Source of the DNA: Candidatus Babeliales bacterium | GTDB taxonomy: Bacteria > Babelota > Babeliae > Babelales > Chromulinivoraceae | Assembly: GCA_018061805.1 (NCBI GenBank) | Contig: JAGOTL010000003.1 | Span: 1,416-65,415, forward strand | Direction: 5' to 3' | DNA: 64,000 nt | Shown here: positions 54,929 to 64,000 of the stretch, in pieces | How the letters are laid out: each line of letters starts with the position of its first letter | Position numbering within the stretch: position 1 is the stretch's first letter | Position numbers and translations under genes: made by a program | The notes under the pieces: generated by a model | Told to the model about the DNA's origin: nothing | Databases searched by the model: none | The model's input: only the letters and a program-made list of their open reading frames with translations

Positions 54929-56215
54929 TTACTGACTTAATTCTTTGCGATGTTTGAGCGTGAGTATAATGATACCAAATAAGTTTGGTAGTACAATTAA
55001 TGGTAAAATCAAATCAGCTATACGCCAAAGTGTTGGTGTGTCCATTATGGCACCAAGAAATATAAAAAGACTGACAAAACAATAATACAACGTCATGCCT
55101 TTGTTGTTGGTAAAAAAACCAAAGCATTTGCTACCGTTAAAGCTGTTGCCCAAAGTTGCGCCTAAAATACATATTGTAATAGTAGCAATTAAGGCAATTG
55201 GTCCAAAGTTTGGCAGCGATTGTTTAAATGCGATAAATGCTAAATCATTTGAAACGATTCCGAGTTGCCAGACGTTGGTGGTGAGAGCAATAAGTCCTGA
55301 AATCATACATAAAAAGGTGTTCATAAAAATAGAATACATACCTAAGATACCTTGTTGGATAGGATTGTCAGTTGCTGAGTATGCATGAGGAATAGCTGCA
55401 GTACCAACACCAGCTTCTGTCGTAAAAGCACCTTTGAAAATACCTTGGCGTAGGCCGACCAGCATTGACGCTCCGGCAAAACCACCGACAGCTGCAGTGG
55501 GTGAAAATGCATGTTGAAATACAGCGGCCAATGCGGCTTTAAGAGCAGGTATGTTTGAACCAAGAATGAAAAAAGCAGTGCCAATATAAAATATAAAAAG
55601 TAACGGTACAATTTTAGCTGCAAAATTACCAATAGTTTTGGTACCGCTCATAAGCATCATAAATATAAATAGGGCAAGAACGGTGCCGCTGATGTATTCG
55701 TCAACTCCTAGATGATTGTAGGTAATAGCCAGTGTTTTGGATTGTAGCGCAGACCATGCAGAAAAAAGAAAGATACTTAAAATGCCGTACCAGTTTGCCA
55801 AAAATGGATGTATTTGATACAGATAACCCGTTGGTCCACCCATGATAGAACCATCATGAGCATATCGTTTATATTTTACGGCAAATACAACTTCAGTAAA
55901 TTTTGTAACAGATCCAAAAATAGCATACATCGCTATCCAGAACAAAGCACCAGGCCCACCGATAGATATTGCAACAGCAGGAGAAATGATGTTGCCCATA
56001 CCAAGGCTGGTTGACATAGCGGTGTACAAAGCATGTAAAGGGCTTAATGTTTCTGTGGTAGATTCTTGTGATTTTTTAAGTTGAATAATTTTTATAAAAT
56101 CTTTGAATTTTCTAAATTGTGGAAAATTAGTAATAATTGATAAAAATATTCCTGCGCTCAGAAATATAAAAGCAAGAGGTACGTCAATGGCGGCGATAAG
56201 AGATGCAAGAGTCAT
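54929..56215 (-). CDS. agcS: Alanine/glycine:cation symporter (AGCS family)
   Basis: Polytopic. Contains GGPGALFWIAMYAIFGSVTKFTEVVFAVKYK and GAFTTEAGVGTAAIPHA, characteristic AGCS blocks. Confidence 0.8.
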   Translation of the reverse strand: MTLASLIAAIDVPLAFIFLSAGIFLSIITNFPQFRKFKDFIKIIQLKKSQESTTETLSPLHALYTAMSTSLGMGNIISPAVAISIGGPGALFWIAMYAIFGSVTKFTEVVFAVKYKRYAHDGSIMGGPTGYLYQIHPFLANWYGILSIFLFSAWSALQSKTLAITYNHLGVDEYISGTVLALFIFMMLMSGTKTIGNFAAKIVPLLFIFYIGTAFFILGSNIPALKAALAAVFQHAFSPTAAVGGFAGASMLVGLRQGIFKGAFTTEAGVGTAAIPHAYSATDNPIQQGILGMYSIFMNTFLCMISGLIALTTNVWQLGIVSNDLAFIAFKQSLPNFGPIALIATITICILGATLGNSFNGSKCFGFFTNNKGMTLYYCFVSLFIFLGAIMDTPTLWRIADLILPLIVLPNLFGIIILTLKHRKELSQ

Positions 56216-56274
56216 AATATTTCCTTTTGTTTATAAAGTAGGTAGTAGAGTATGCAGCTTATTGTAGGGTGTTT

Positions 56275-56871
56275 TTATTTTTTTGCTAGCAGTAGTAGCG
56301 CTTTTCTTAAGAGTAGATCAAACGGAATATTTTGAACTCCAATTTCTTGTTTTAACTGTGTTGTGGCAATTTTAATTTCTGTTGGTGAATAATGCAAAGA
56401 GTTTAGAGTCTGGTGTAAGTCTACCCATGCGGCAATAACCTGATTATCTTTTGATATTGTTCCTGTCTGAGCGAGCTTAGATACTTTGTCTTTGAGTTGT
56501 ATAATCAGCTGCTCTGCCTTTTTTGACCCGACGCCTTTGATGCTGCTTAAAACAGAACTGTTTTCTTGGCAGATTGCTTGTATGAACTCTGAAGCTGATA
56601 TGTTAGACAATATGGTAAGACCTAGTTTTGGGCCTATGCCCGAACAGCTAATGATGGTACAAAATAGATCTTTGTCGGTACTGTTTTTAAAACCAAATAA
56701 TGTTGGACCGTTTTCGGCAGACCAATGAAGATATACTTGTAATGTGATAGGCTGATCGATGGTACATTCGGCTGCGTGAGGACAAAATAGTTCAAAACCT
56801 ATGCCAGATTGAACGACGACAACTTTAAGTTCAGAAATATGTGAAATAGTGCCAAAAATAGAGCTAATCAT
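56275..56871 (-). CDS. ruvA: Holliday junction DNA helicase subunit RuvA
   Basis: 198 aa. N-terminal OB (MISSIFGTISH...VVVQSGIGFEL). HhH motifs (CSGIGPKLGLTIL, IKGVGSKKAEQLI). C-terminal domain III. Confidence 0.9.
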   Translation of the reverse strand: MISSIFGTISHISELKVVVVQSGIGFELFCPHAAECTIDQPITLQVYLHWSAENGPTLFGFKNSTDKDLFCTIISCSGIGPKLGLTILSNISASEFIQAICQENSSVLSSIKGVGSKKAEQLIIQLKDKVSKLAQTGTISKDNQVIAAWVDLHQTLNSLHYSPTEIKIATTQLKQEIGVQNIPFDLLLRKALLLLAKK

Positions 56872-56979
56872 AGATAATCTTCACTTTTTAAAAGGTTTTT
56901 TACGTGACCGCATGAACAGAGGGTAGATGATATAGGTTATTTTTTCAAATAAAATAATGATTGGAATGCTAAAACCTGT

Positions 56980-57007
56980 TTGACTTGTTATTCAAAACTG
57001 ATACAAT
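56980..57007 (+). promoter_or_regulatory. Sigma70 promoter of tRNA-Gly
   Basis: -35 TTGACT (56980-85), 16-nt spacer, extended -10 TGaTACAAT (56999-57007). The tRNA 5' end is 18 nt downstream. Confidence 0.6.
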
Positions 57008-57024
57008 TTTACTGTATCCAAATT

Positions 57025-57100
57025 GTGGGAATAGCTCAGCTGGTAGAGCGTTGCCTTGCCAAGGCAAAGGTCGCGGGTTCAAATCCCGTTTCCCACTCCA
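57025..57100 (+). tRNA. tRNA-Gly (anticodon GCC)
   Basis: 76 nt, folded by hand. Acceptor GTGGGAA/TTCCCAC. D arm GCTC-AGCTGGTA-GAGC. Anticodon arm TTGCC-TTGCCAA-GGCAA. T arm GCGGG-TTCAAAT-CCCGT. U73 and encoded CCA. Close to E. coli tRNA-Gly(GCC). Confidence 0.95.
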
Positions 57101-57231
57101 TTTTTTTCGTAATATATCTAATATTTTCAAATGTTTGCAAAATTAACCCCCTTTAGAGTATCTTGTAAGTATCTATCTCGTATAGATGAGATATTATTGT
57201 GGGGCTCAAGTATCGATAGACAAGGAATCTT

Positions 57232-57849
57232 ATGAAATCAGTTATTGCGCAAGGCACAACTGTAGCCAAAGCCATAGAAGAAGCTTTAAAAAAGGCAGAT
57301 ATGCCAAAAGAGTTTTTCGTAAAACTTTTAGAAGATGCACAGGGTGGTTTTTTAGGATTTGGTGCAAAAAAGGCTAAAATAGCTTTATTTTTTAAACCAA
57401 ATGCAGCACCAACTAAACATGATAATTTGTTGGATCGCAACGCATATGAAAACTTTTTTAATAATCCAACTATTCGCAAACAAATCGAACAACAGTTGAA
57501 AGAAGTTGGTATGGAAATTCAGCCAATTGTTCCCAAAAAGCAATCACCTCAGCCAGCGCCTGCTCCAAAAAGAGTAGAACAAGTACCAGTAGTAGCGCCA
57601 GTTAAACAAACTCAGGGTAACACAGTTCGCTCAATGCAACAGCGTCAGTTGCCAGTACACAATAAACCAAAACCACAACAAGATTATGATGTGCGTCCGC
57701 AAATAGATGAAACAGGTTCTGACGAAGGTCAGTCTCAATATAATCGTCCGCGTAGATCACGTTATTTTAGACCGCGTCATCGTTACAATCGCTCAAATAA
57801 TAACGATTCTAATGGATCTAACGGGTCTGGTTCTGCACCAACCGAGTAA
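57232..57849 (+). CDS. Jag_N-domain protein with Pro/Gln/Arg-rich disordered tail (no KH/R3H)
   Basis: N-terminus MKSVIAQGTTVAKAIEEALKKADMPKEFFVKLLEDAQGGFLGFGAKKAKIALFF matches the Jag N-terminal domain. Sits directly upstream of mnmE as jag does. The rest is low complexity (RPRRSRYFRPRHRYNR). Confidence 0.65.
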   Translation: MKSVIAQGTTVAKAIEEALKKADMPKEFFVKLLEDAQGGFLGFGAKKAKIALFFKPNAAPTKHDNLLDRNAYENFFNNPTIRKQIEQQLKEVGMEIQPIVPKKQSPQPAPAPKRVEQVPVVAPVKQTQGNTVRSMQQRQLPVHNKPKPQQDYDVRPQIDETGSDEGQSQYNRPRRSRYFRPRHRYNRSNNNDSNGSNGSGSAPTE

Positions 57850-57851
57850 AT

Positions 57852-59246
57852 ATGAATAGTCACATGCAGCATCTTACATCGCTACAGCAAACTATTGTAG
57901 CGTTATGTACTCCGCAGGGTTCGGGGGCTATAGGCCTTATCCGGCTTTCTGGGGATGATGTATTTGATATTGTAAAACGTTGCAGCAAGCTTGCTTCGGG
58001 TGCATCGCTTGATGCTGTGACAACCCATACGATTCATTATGGATGGGTAGTTGATCAAAACGGAAAACATCTTGACCAAGTTCTTTTCTTGGTGATGCGT
58101 GGACCTAAAACTTTTACAGGTCAAAATGTGGTAGAAATTACCTGTCACAATAATCCTTTTTTAATAGATGTATTATTGCGCCGCATGCTTGAATGTGGTG
58201 CACGCTTGGCTGGTAATGGTGAGTTTACACAACGCGCCGTTATGCTGGGTAAAATAGATTTGATTCAAGCAGAAGCTATTAATGATTTAATTCATGCGCA
58301 AACAGCAGCATCGTTGCAATACAGTCTTGCGCAGCTTGAAGGTAGCTTGTCATCGTGGATAGGACGCATAGAACAATCAGTGCTCGAGATGATGGCTTTT
58401 TGTGAAGGAAGTTTTGAGTTCTTAGATGAAGAGATGGAATTTTCAGATCACATAGCTGTGCGGTTAAAAGATTTGATACAGCATGTTGAAAAGTTGCTGG
58501 CATCATATCCAAAACAACAATACATTAAACAAGGCGTGCGTGTTGCATTGATAGGTTCTGTTAATGCTGGAAAATCATCATTGTTTAATTGTTTGCTTGA
58601 TAAAAAGCGTGCCATTGTAACACCTGTTGCAGGTACAACGCGTGATACGATTGAAGCAGGGGTTTTTAAGGAACAAGAATTTATTACCTTTGTTGATACA
58701 GCAGGTATTCGACAAACCGATGATGTAATAGAAAAAGAAGGTATCGATAGATCGCTTCAAGAAGCGGCAGGTAGTGACCTAATTTTATTAGTACTTGATA
58801 GTTCATGGTCATTGTCAGAAGATGTACGATCTGTATATCAAAAAATTATTGATCAGTATCGTGATAAAATTATTTTAGTTCATAATAAAATGGATCAAAA
58901 AACAACTGATAATCAATTACAATATTCTGGCGCTCAGTTGTCAGTATCAGCATCTGAACATAAAAACATTGATCAGTTGTATCATATTGTTTTTGAAAAA
59001 ATACAGCAGCTCAAAGGCTCACATAAAATTATTGGGTTGCTTAATCAGCGGCAATATGAATTGCTTGCTCGTTTCTTAAAAGATTTACAAGCTATACAGT
59101 CTATGGTACATGTGCGTCGGATTGATTATGAATTGGTTTCATGTCGATTGAAAGATGCGCTTATGTTGCTTTCAGAAATGACTGGTCGCAGCGTGAGTGA
59201 AGCTGCTTTAGACAAAGTGTTTCAAACATTTTGTGTTGGTAAATAA
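57852..59246 (+). CDS. mnmE: tRNA modification GTPase MnmE (TrmE)
   Basis: N-terminal TIVALCTPQGSGAIGLIRLSG. G-domain GSVNAGKSSLFN / DTAGIR. C-terminal FCVGK tetrapeptide. Confidence 0.93.
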   Translation: MNSHMQHLTSLQQTIVALCTPQGSGAIGLIRLSGDDVFDIVKRCSKLASGASLDAVTTHTIHYGWVVDQNGKHLDQVLFLVMRGPKTFTGQNVVEITCHNNPFLIDVLLRRMLECGARLAGNGEFTQRAVMLGKIDLIQAEAINDLIHAQTAASLQYSLAQLEGSLSSWIGRIEQSVLEMMAFCEGSFEFLDEEMEFSDHIAVRLKDLIQHVEKLLASYPKQQYIKQGVRVALIGSVNAGKSSLFNCLLDKKRAIVTPVAGTTRDTIEAGVFKEQEFITFVDTAGIRQTDDVIEKEGIDRSLQEAAGSDLILLVLDSSWSLSEDVRSVYQKIIDQYRDKIILVHNKMDQKTTDNQLQYSGAQLSVSASEHKNIDQLYHIVFEKIQQLKGSHKIIGLLNQRQYELLARFLKDLQAIQSMVHVRRIDYELVSCRLKDALMLLSEMTGRSVSEAALDKVFQTFCVGK

Positions 59247-59363
59247 AACCGTACTGTATCAATTTTCTGATGCTTATTTTTTAAGCAAAGCTTTCATAGC
59301 AGTTAGTCTGTTTACTTGATAATTTATCTTGTTTGCTTGTGATAATCTTAATCTTTGTATTTT

Positions 59364-59708
59364 TTATATTGCATTCGGATAATCTGCCAGCAATGCTCTA
59401 AGAATAAATGGTTTGTGTAATTTGACTATGTTAATAGTCGCAATAGCATTGGTTTTTACAATGTTTGTTTTGTCACAAGCGTGCAAATCTTCAAATGCAA
59501 TAATGTGTTCATCAATTATTACGCTAATTTCATCTATGGTTAATGTTTTGTTTGCGACATTTTTTGATAGAGATATTTTTTTATTAAAATATTCTTTGCC
59601 TATGTTGCGGAGTCGTACGTGCAGCGTTTGTTCGTCTGGCATTGTGAAAAGAGGGCCTGTAGCATACGCCACAGACCCTAAAAAACTTAATAGGATGATT
59701 GTTTTCAT
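59364..59708 (-). CDS. Small secreted protein of unknown function
   Basis: Signal peptide MKTIILLSFLGSVAYA. 8 nt downstream of the pal-like gene. Preferred over the overlapping plus-strand ORF 59413..59826. Confidence 0.5.
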   Translation of the reverse strand: MKTIILLSFLGSVAYATGPLFTMPDEQTLHVRLRNIGKEYFNKKISLSKNVANKTLTIDEISVIIDEHIIAFEDLHACDKTNIVKTNAIATINIVKLHKPFILRALLADYPNAI

Positions 59709-59716
59709 TGTGAGAA

Positions 59717-60361
59717 TTATTGATTTGAATCGATTGCGTAAAGTTCAACGCGACGGTTTACCCATTGTTCAGAGCGTGATCCACCTTTGCGTACTGGCAT
59801 TTCTTGGCCGCGCGGAGCTATTTTAATGCTTTGTGCATTTACGCCATTTTCAACTAATTTTTCTGCAACGTTGCGAGCGCGACGTTCTGAAATTGCTAAG
59901 TTGTAAGCAGCTGATCCAGCAGAGTGACAAGCGTGACCTTCAACCACAACAGTTTTACCTTTTTTAACCATAGCTTTTGCTTCTTGGCAATCATGGTTTA
60001 AAGAAACGTTTTCTGATGGTTTTACGTCATCTTTGTCAAAGTCAAAGTAGATTGTTTTAAATTGTTGTTTGCTTTTTTCTGCATCAATGTTTTCCCAAGA
60101 AAATGTCGGGTTATCACTATTTGAACCAGAATTGCTGTGCGCATGTTTTGACAATTTATCATCGAGTGCGAATGTTTTCATTGCATCAGCATCTAGATCT
60201 AAAGGATTGACTGATCGGTTATGTTTATTTTTTTTAGACTTTTTAGAGAAGAGTGAGCTGTTGTTTTTAGATTGGTCTGTAGATTTCTTTTTATTACAAC
60301 CACCTAAAACAAATAATAATCCAAGAGAAAGTGCAAGTAATGTTTTCGAATGCATTTGCAT
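59717..60361 (-). CDS. pal: Peptidoglycan-associated lipoprotein (Pal/OmpA-C family)
   Basis: Lipobox LFVLGGC. Low-complexity linker. OmpA_C-like domain (VVVEGHACHSAGSAAYNLAISERRARNVAEKLVENGV...NRRVELY). Confidence 0.8.
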   Translation of the reverse strand: MQMHSKTLLALSLGLLFVLGGCNKKKSTDQSKNNSSLFSKKSKKNKHNRSVNPLDLDADAMKTFALDDKLSKHAHSNSGSNSDNPTFSWENIDAEKSKQQFKTIYFDFDKDDVKPSENVSLNHDCQEAKAMVKKGKTVVVEGHACHSAGSAAYNLAISERRARNVAEKLVENGVNAQSIKIAPRGQEMPVRKGGSRSEQWVNRRVELYAIDSNQ

Positions 60362-60569
60362 AAGTAAGAACCTTTTTTATTTTTGATTAACAAACAATGA
60401 TGATTTAAGCACAGTTTATGTTGCTTGCTGAAAAAGTCAATTCGATCGTTGTTTTGAATTGTTTTATAGCGGCAATAGGACGGTTTTTTGGAGCTTATTT
60501 TCCTTTATGCAGGAAACGTGTATACTACAAGCGTGAGGTTGAAAAAATTATTTTAAAAAGTTGTACCAT

Positions 60570-62090
60570 ATGAAAAAAATTTTAATCAATAATAATCCGT
60601 GGGAAACTCGAGTAGCCATTGTGCGTTCGGGTAAACTTGAAAACCTGTTTTTAGGTCAAGTGACGGATACAGAGCTTGAGAGAGCCTTTTTTAAGGGGCG
60701 GGTTTTAAAAGTTTTGCCAGGTATCCAGACAGCCTTTGTTGATATCGGGCAGGGTCGTGCAGGTTTTTTGCACATCTCTGAAATAGATCATGATTTAGCT
60801 ATTAATCGTGTAATGGGACCTGATCAGGTCGATTTGTTTAAAGAATCTGATGAAGAAACGAAACCTAAGATGTCAGCGCAAAGATTAGATATATCTAAGA
60901 TTTTGCGTGAAGGTGAAGATTTGCTGGTACAAGTCAGCAAGGAGCCTGTGGATGAAAAAGGTGCCAAATTAAAAACATGTTTTACGTTGCCAGGACGTTT
61001 TATTGTTTTAACTCCTAATATTGCACGTATTGGTGTTTCTAAAAAGATTGAAGATCGCGCTGAGCGAGTGCGGCTTAAAGAAGTCGTTACGCAGTATTTG
61101 CCCGAAGGTATGGGAGCGGTGATACGTACCAATGCCGAAGGTAAAACTGAAAGTGAAATTTATAAAGATATTTCTTTTTTAATTTCTGATTGGAACAACA
61201 TTCTGTCTGCGTATGCAAAATCTGAGCCAAAGACAAAGCTGTATGAAGACATGGACATTTCTTTGCAGGTAATACGCGATCATTTAGATTCTGAAATTGA
61301 TGAAATTGTAACCGATAGTGCTTCTAACCAAGATGAAATCTATCGTTATTTAAGTCAGGTAGCTCCAGAGTTTAAATATGCTGTAAAATTATACACAGAT
61401 GCTTCTGATTTGTTTGAACGTTATGATATTAATCGCCAAGTTATATCTGCACTTGAAAAAAAAGTGATGCTGAAATCTGGTGGTTCTATCATTATTGAAA
61501 CGACAGAGGCTTTGACGGTTATTGATGTTAATACCGGTAAGTTTACGGGTAAAGGCAACTTAGAAGAAACTATTTTAAAAACAAACCTAGAAGCGGCTCG
61601 TGAAGTTGTATTGCAGCTTAAGCTACGCAACATAGGTGGTCTTATTGTTATTGATTTTATTGATATGAGTAATCAAAAGAATCGATTAAAATTAGTGACT
61701 GTTTTTGAACAAACACTCAAAGAACTTGATAAGTTTCAATCGGTTGTTTTGCAGGTATCAGAATTTGGTATTGTGCAAATGACTCGTAAAAGATCAGGTA
61801 AGCCTTTGATGCGTCTTTTGACAGACCTGTGTCATTGTTGCTCGGGACTTGGTCGTTTGCCATCTGTTCGAGCTGAAAGTTATGAAATCTTACGAAAAGT
61901 AAAACAGCTTTTGAATCAAAAAAAAGATCGTAAAAACTATTTATTTGAAGTGAACAAAGCTGTATTTGAATTTCTGGCAAGCAGTGAATTTAATTCAATT
62001 TTAGAATTAGAAAAACAGTATGGTTGTGTTTTGACATTAGTAAGTAATCAGCAGATAAATCGTCATGATTTTCGCTTGAAAGATAAATAA
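60570..62090 (+). CDS. rng: Ribonuclease G/E family endoribonuclease
   Basis: S1 domain (GRVLKVLPGIQTAFVDIGQGRAGFLHISE). DNase I-like core (TEALTVIDVNTGKF, GGLIVIDFIDM). Zn-link CHCCSGLG. ~506 aa fits RNase G. Confidence 0.9.
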   Translation: MKKILINNNPWETRVAIVRSGKLENLFLGQVTDTELERAFFKGRVLKVLPGIQTAFVDIGQGRAGFLHISEIDHDLAINRVMGPDQVDLFKESDEETKPKMSAQRLDISKILREGEDLLVQVSKEPVDEKGAKLKTCFTLPGRFIVLTPNIARIGVSKKIEDRAERVRLKEVVTQYLPEGMGAVIRTNAEGKTESEIYKDISFLISDWNNILSAYAKSEPKTKLYEDMDISLQVIRDHLDSEIDEIVTDSASNQDEIYRYLSQVAPEFKYAVKLYTDASDLFERYDINRQVISALEKKVMLKSGGSIIIETTEALTVIDVNTGKFTGKGNLEETILKTNLEAAREVVLQLKLRNIGGLIVIDFIDMSNQKNRLKLVTVFEQTLKELDKFQSVVLQVSEFGIVQMTRKRSGKPLMRLLTDLCHCCSGLGRLPSVRAESYEILRKVKQLLNQKKDRKNYLFEVNKAVFEFLASSEFNSILELEKQYGCVLTLVSNQQINRHDFRLKDK

Positions 62091-62102
62091 ATAAGGAACA
62101 TT

Positions 62103-63560
62103 GTGGAAAAGTCACTCGTTTTGGAAAAATATCCAGACTATCGTATGGATATAGGGATAGAGGTTCATGTTCAATTAAATACAAAAAGTAAAATTTTTTG
62201 TTCATGTTCAAACGATCTCACACAACAACCTAATGCTCATATTTGTCCGGTTTGTGCTGGTCACCCAGGTGTGTTGCCTGTTTTAAATCAACAAGTAGTT
62301 GAGAGTGCAATCAAGGCAGGTTTGGGTACCAACTGTACCGTTTCTGAAATATCAGAATTTGATCGTAAGCATTATTTTTATCCTGATTTACCAAAAAATT
62401 ATCAGATTACGCAAAACTATTTTCCCATTTGTAAGTCAGGTCATTTGATGATCAGACTGGAAGATGGTACTGAAAAAAAGATTCGTATCAATCGTATCCA
62501 CATCGAAGAAGATGCGGGTAAAAATATGCATTCAGATATAACTGGTGAAAGTTATGTCGATTTGAATCGTACAGGTACGCCACTCCTTGAAATCGTTTCA
62601 GAGCCAGATATTGAAAATGCAGCTGAAGCAAAAGCATATTTAAAAGCTTTGCGCTTAGTCATGCAATATGTAGGTGTGAGCGATTGTAACATGGAAGAAG
62701 GATCGTTTCGCGCAGATACGAACGTTTCTGTTCGCAAAAAAGATTCTCAGGAGCTTGGTACTCGCTGTGAGTTGAAAAATATTAACTCGTTTAAATTTAT
62801 ATCAGATGCTATTGAATACGAAGTAGAACGACAGATAACAGCTCTTGAATCTGGTCAAAGAATTCGTCAAGAAACGCGTTTGTGGGATTCTAAAAATAGA
62901 CGTAGTATTTCAATGCGCTCTAAAGAAGATTTGGCAGATTATCGTTATTGCACAGATCCTGATTTGTCATTGATACAAGTAACGCCGCAAAAATTACAAG
63001 AAACAAAAACTGTTATGCCTGAATTACCGTATGATAAATATCATCGTTATATTAATCAGTGGGGTTTGACACCTTATGAAGCAGACGTTGTAACTGCAGA
63101 CATTGAAAGTACGCGATATTTTGAAGCAGCTATGGCGGTATATCCAAAAAAATCTGTCGTAAATTGGTTTTTGCGAGATATTTTGGGATATGTTAATGAT
63201 ACAAAAATAACATTATCAGAATGCCCAATAACTCCTGTGTTTTTAGCAAAATTGGTTCGTATGCTTGATGAAAGTGTGATTAATAACACAGCAGCAAAAG
63301 AAGTGTTTGAAACCATTGCTCAAACAGGACAAGATCCTGAACTTATTGTGGAGCAAAAAGGTTTAAAACAAATTGGTTCTGCAGACGAATTAGAAAAAAT
63401 TGTTCTACAAGTTTTACAAGAAAATCCTGCGTTGATTGAACAATACAAAGCAGGTAAGCAAAATGTTTTTGGATTTTTTGTTGGTGCTTGTATGAAAGCA
63501 ACTGGCGGTAAAGGTAATCCGAAGATTTTGCAAGAGATGTTAAAAAAACATTTGCAATAA
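62103..63560 (+). CDS. gatB: Asp/Glu-tRNA amidotransferase subunit B
   Basis: GTG start 6 nt after an AAGGAA RBS. IGIEVHVQLNTKSKIFCSC, HICPVCAGHPGVLP, RIHIEEDAGK, CELKNINSF. C-terminal YqeY-like domain. Confidence 0.93.
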   Translation: MEKSLVLEKYPDYRMDIGIEVHVQLNTKSKIFCSCSNDLTQQPNAHICPVCAGHPGVLPVLNQQVVESAIKAGLGTNCTVSEISEFDRKHYFYPDLPKNYQITQNYFPICKSGHLMIRLEDGTEKKIRINRIHIEEDAGKNMHSDITGESYVDLNRTGTPLLEIVSEPDIENAAEAKAYLKALRLVMQYVGVSDCNMEEGSFRADTNVSVRKKDSQELGTRCELKNINSFKFISDAIEYEVERQITALESGQRIRQETRLWDSKNRRSISMRSKEDLADYRYCTDPDLSLIQVTPQKLQETKTVMPELPYDKYHRYINQWGLTPYEADVVTADIESTRYFEAAMAVYPKKSVVNWFLRDILGYVNDTKITLSECPITPVFLAKLVRMLDESVINNTAAKEVFETIAQTGQDPELIVEQKGLKQIGSADELEKIVLQVLQENPALIEQYKAGKQNVFGFFVGACMKATGGKGNPKILQEMLKKHLQ

Positions 63561-63564
63561 AAAG

Positions 63565-63589
63565 TAAGGCATCTTTCAAGGATGCCTTA
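63565..63589 (+). terminator. Possible terminator hairpin after gatB
   Basis: Stem taaggcatc / gatgcctta with 7-nt loop. The downstream T-run is weak (ttccatttt). Confidence 0.4.
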
Positions 63590-63609
63590 TTCCATTTTAA
63601 AGGGTTTGC

Positions 63610-64000
63610 ATGTTTAAAAAAATAATAATTCTTATTTTGTGTGTGCATAGTTTTGTGTTGCAACCGAAACAGGATATGGCCTTTTTAGGACATATCCGTA
63701 CAAAATATTTGCAATTATTAAAATATCATGATGATACACATGCTCAAAAATTAAAAAAAGCTTTTCAGGTGCTTGTGTTGAATAATAATCGACAAGTATC
63801 GCGTGTTATTCAGAATGACACTATTGCTTCAGCGCTGTGTGTTGCAGAAGAAAGCAATCAGTTTGTTAAAAAAGTTCAATCTGTTATTTTAATGCATTTG
63901 TATGAAATGCTTTTTACCAAGTACATAAAAACAGCAGAAAAATGTTTACACAAAATGATTTGTTCAAAAATGTTTTGGTCCAAAGAAAAGTTTTATTTAA
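63610..64000 (+). CDS. Hypothetical signal-peptide protein, 3'-truncated by window edge
   Basis: ATG 63610 opens a frame with no stop to nt 64000 (not in the ORF track because it is open-ended). N-terminus MFKKIIILILCVHSFVLQ. Confidence 0.5.
   Translation, partial: MFKKIIILILCVHSFVLQPKQDMAFLGHIRTKYLQLLKYHDDTHAQKLKKAFQVLVLNNNRQVSRVIQNDTIASALCVAEESNQFVKKVQSVILMHLYEMLFTKYIKTAEKCLHKMICSKMFWSKEKFYL

Noticed and set aside
57153-57479. 108-aa minus-strand ORF and 63-aa plus-strand ORF around the Jag_N gene start
   Set aside because: They overlap the Jag_N-domain CDS, which has a good AAGGAA RBS and a recognisable conserved domain. The antisense product has no features.
59413-59826. 137-aa plus-strand ORF overlapping 59364..59708 and the 3' end of the pal-like gene
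   Set aside because: The minus-strand ORF has a clean signal peptide and sits 8 nt downstream of the pal-like gene in the same orientation. The plus-strand ORF overlaps two genes and has a Cys/Ser/Ile-rich shadow-type composition.
63343-63663. 106-aa minus-strand ORF overlapping the 3' end of gatB and the next gene's start
   Set aside because: It is antisense to the conserved GatB C-terminal domain and crosses the putative terminator hairpin. Nothing supports it.

Overview
AT-rich 64 kb chromosomal segment from a Gram-negative bacterium. I call about 50 CDS and one tRNA-Gly(GCC). I found no rRNA, CRISPR array, transposase, integrase or phage genes. The gene content (many Sec-signal ORFans, secreted ankyrin-repeat proteins, trimmed housekeeping genes) suggests a host-dependent lineage such as Dependentiae/TM6 or a similar intracellular parasite; this is inference only.

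Housekeeping genes recognised from motifs:
- aspS, clpB, a short uvrC, comM/yifB, priA, orn
- a tandem ddl-ddl fusion
- ruvA, a Jag_N-only protein, mnmE, rng, gatB
- an AGCS-family symporter

Envelope genes:
- a T2SS-type operon gspF-G-(H/I/J/K-like) ending in an MCE/MlaD protein with a beta-rich C-terminal extension
- a Pal/OmpA-like lipoprotein, an M23 peptidase and an M48 peptidase
- lemA plus a DUF2207-like gene
- two putative OMP barrels and a 926-aa surface protein

Most interesting accessory loci:
1. 42.1-45.2 kb: a Sec-signal 654-aa protein with a compact basic C-terminal module. It is followed by small acidic genes, including two 81-aa paralogues whose 3' ends are almost identical. 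The architecture resembles a polymorphic toxin/immunity locus but lacks any recognisable trafficking domain.
2. 10.1-18.1 kb: a tightly packed operon of three signal-peptide proteins of unknown function (543, 415 and 1698 aa). They share a concanavalin/DUF1080-like module, and the giant protein carries a central Gly-zipper plus coiled-coil block.
3. 36.5-39.9 kb: a paralogous membrane-protein cluster in which the M48 peptidase gene is bracketed by a perfect 53-bp direct repeat.
4. A GH1 glycosidase with NEP changed to NQP.
5. Two tandem secreted ankyrin genes with 108-bp in-frame repeats.

All calls rest on reading the sequence and ORF translations. No database search was run. Start codons and family assignments for non-housekeeping genes are provisional.
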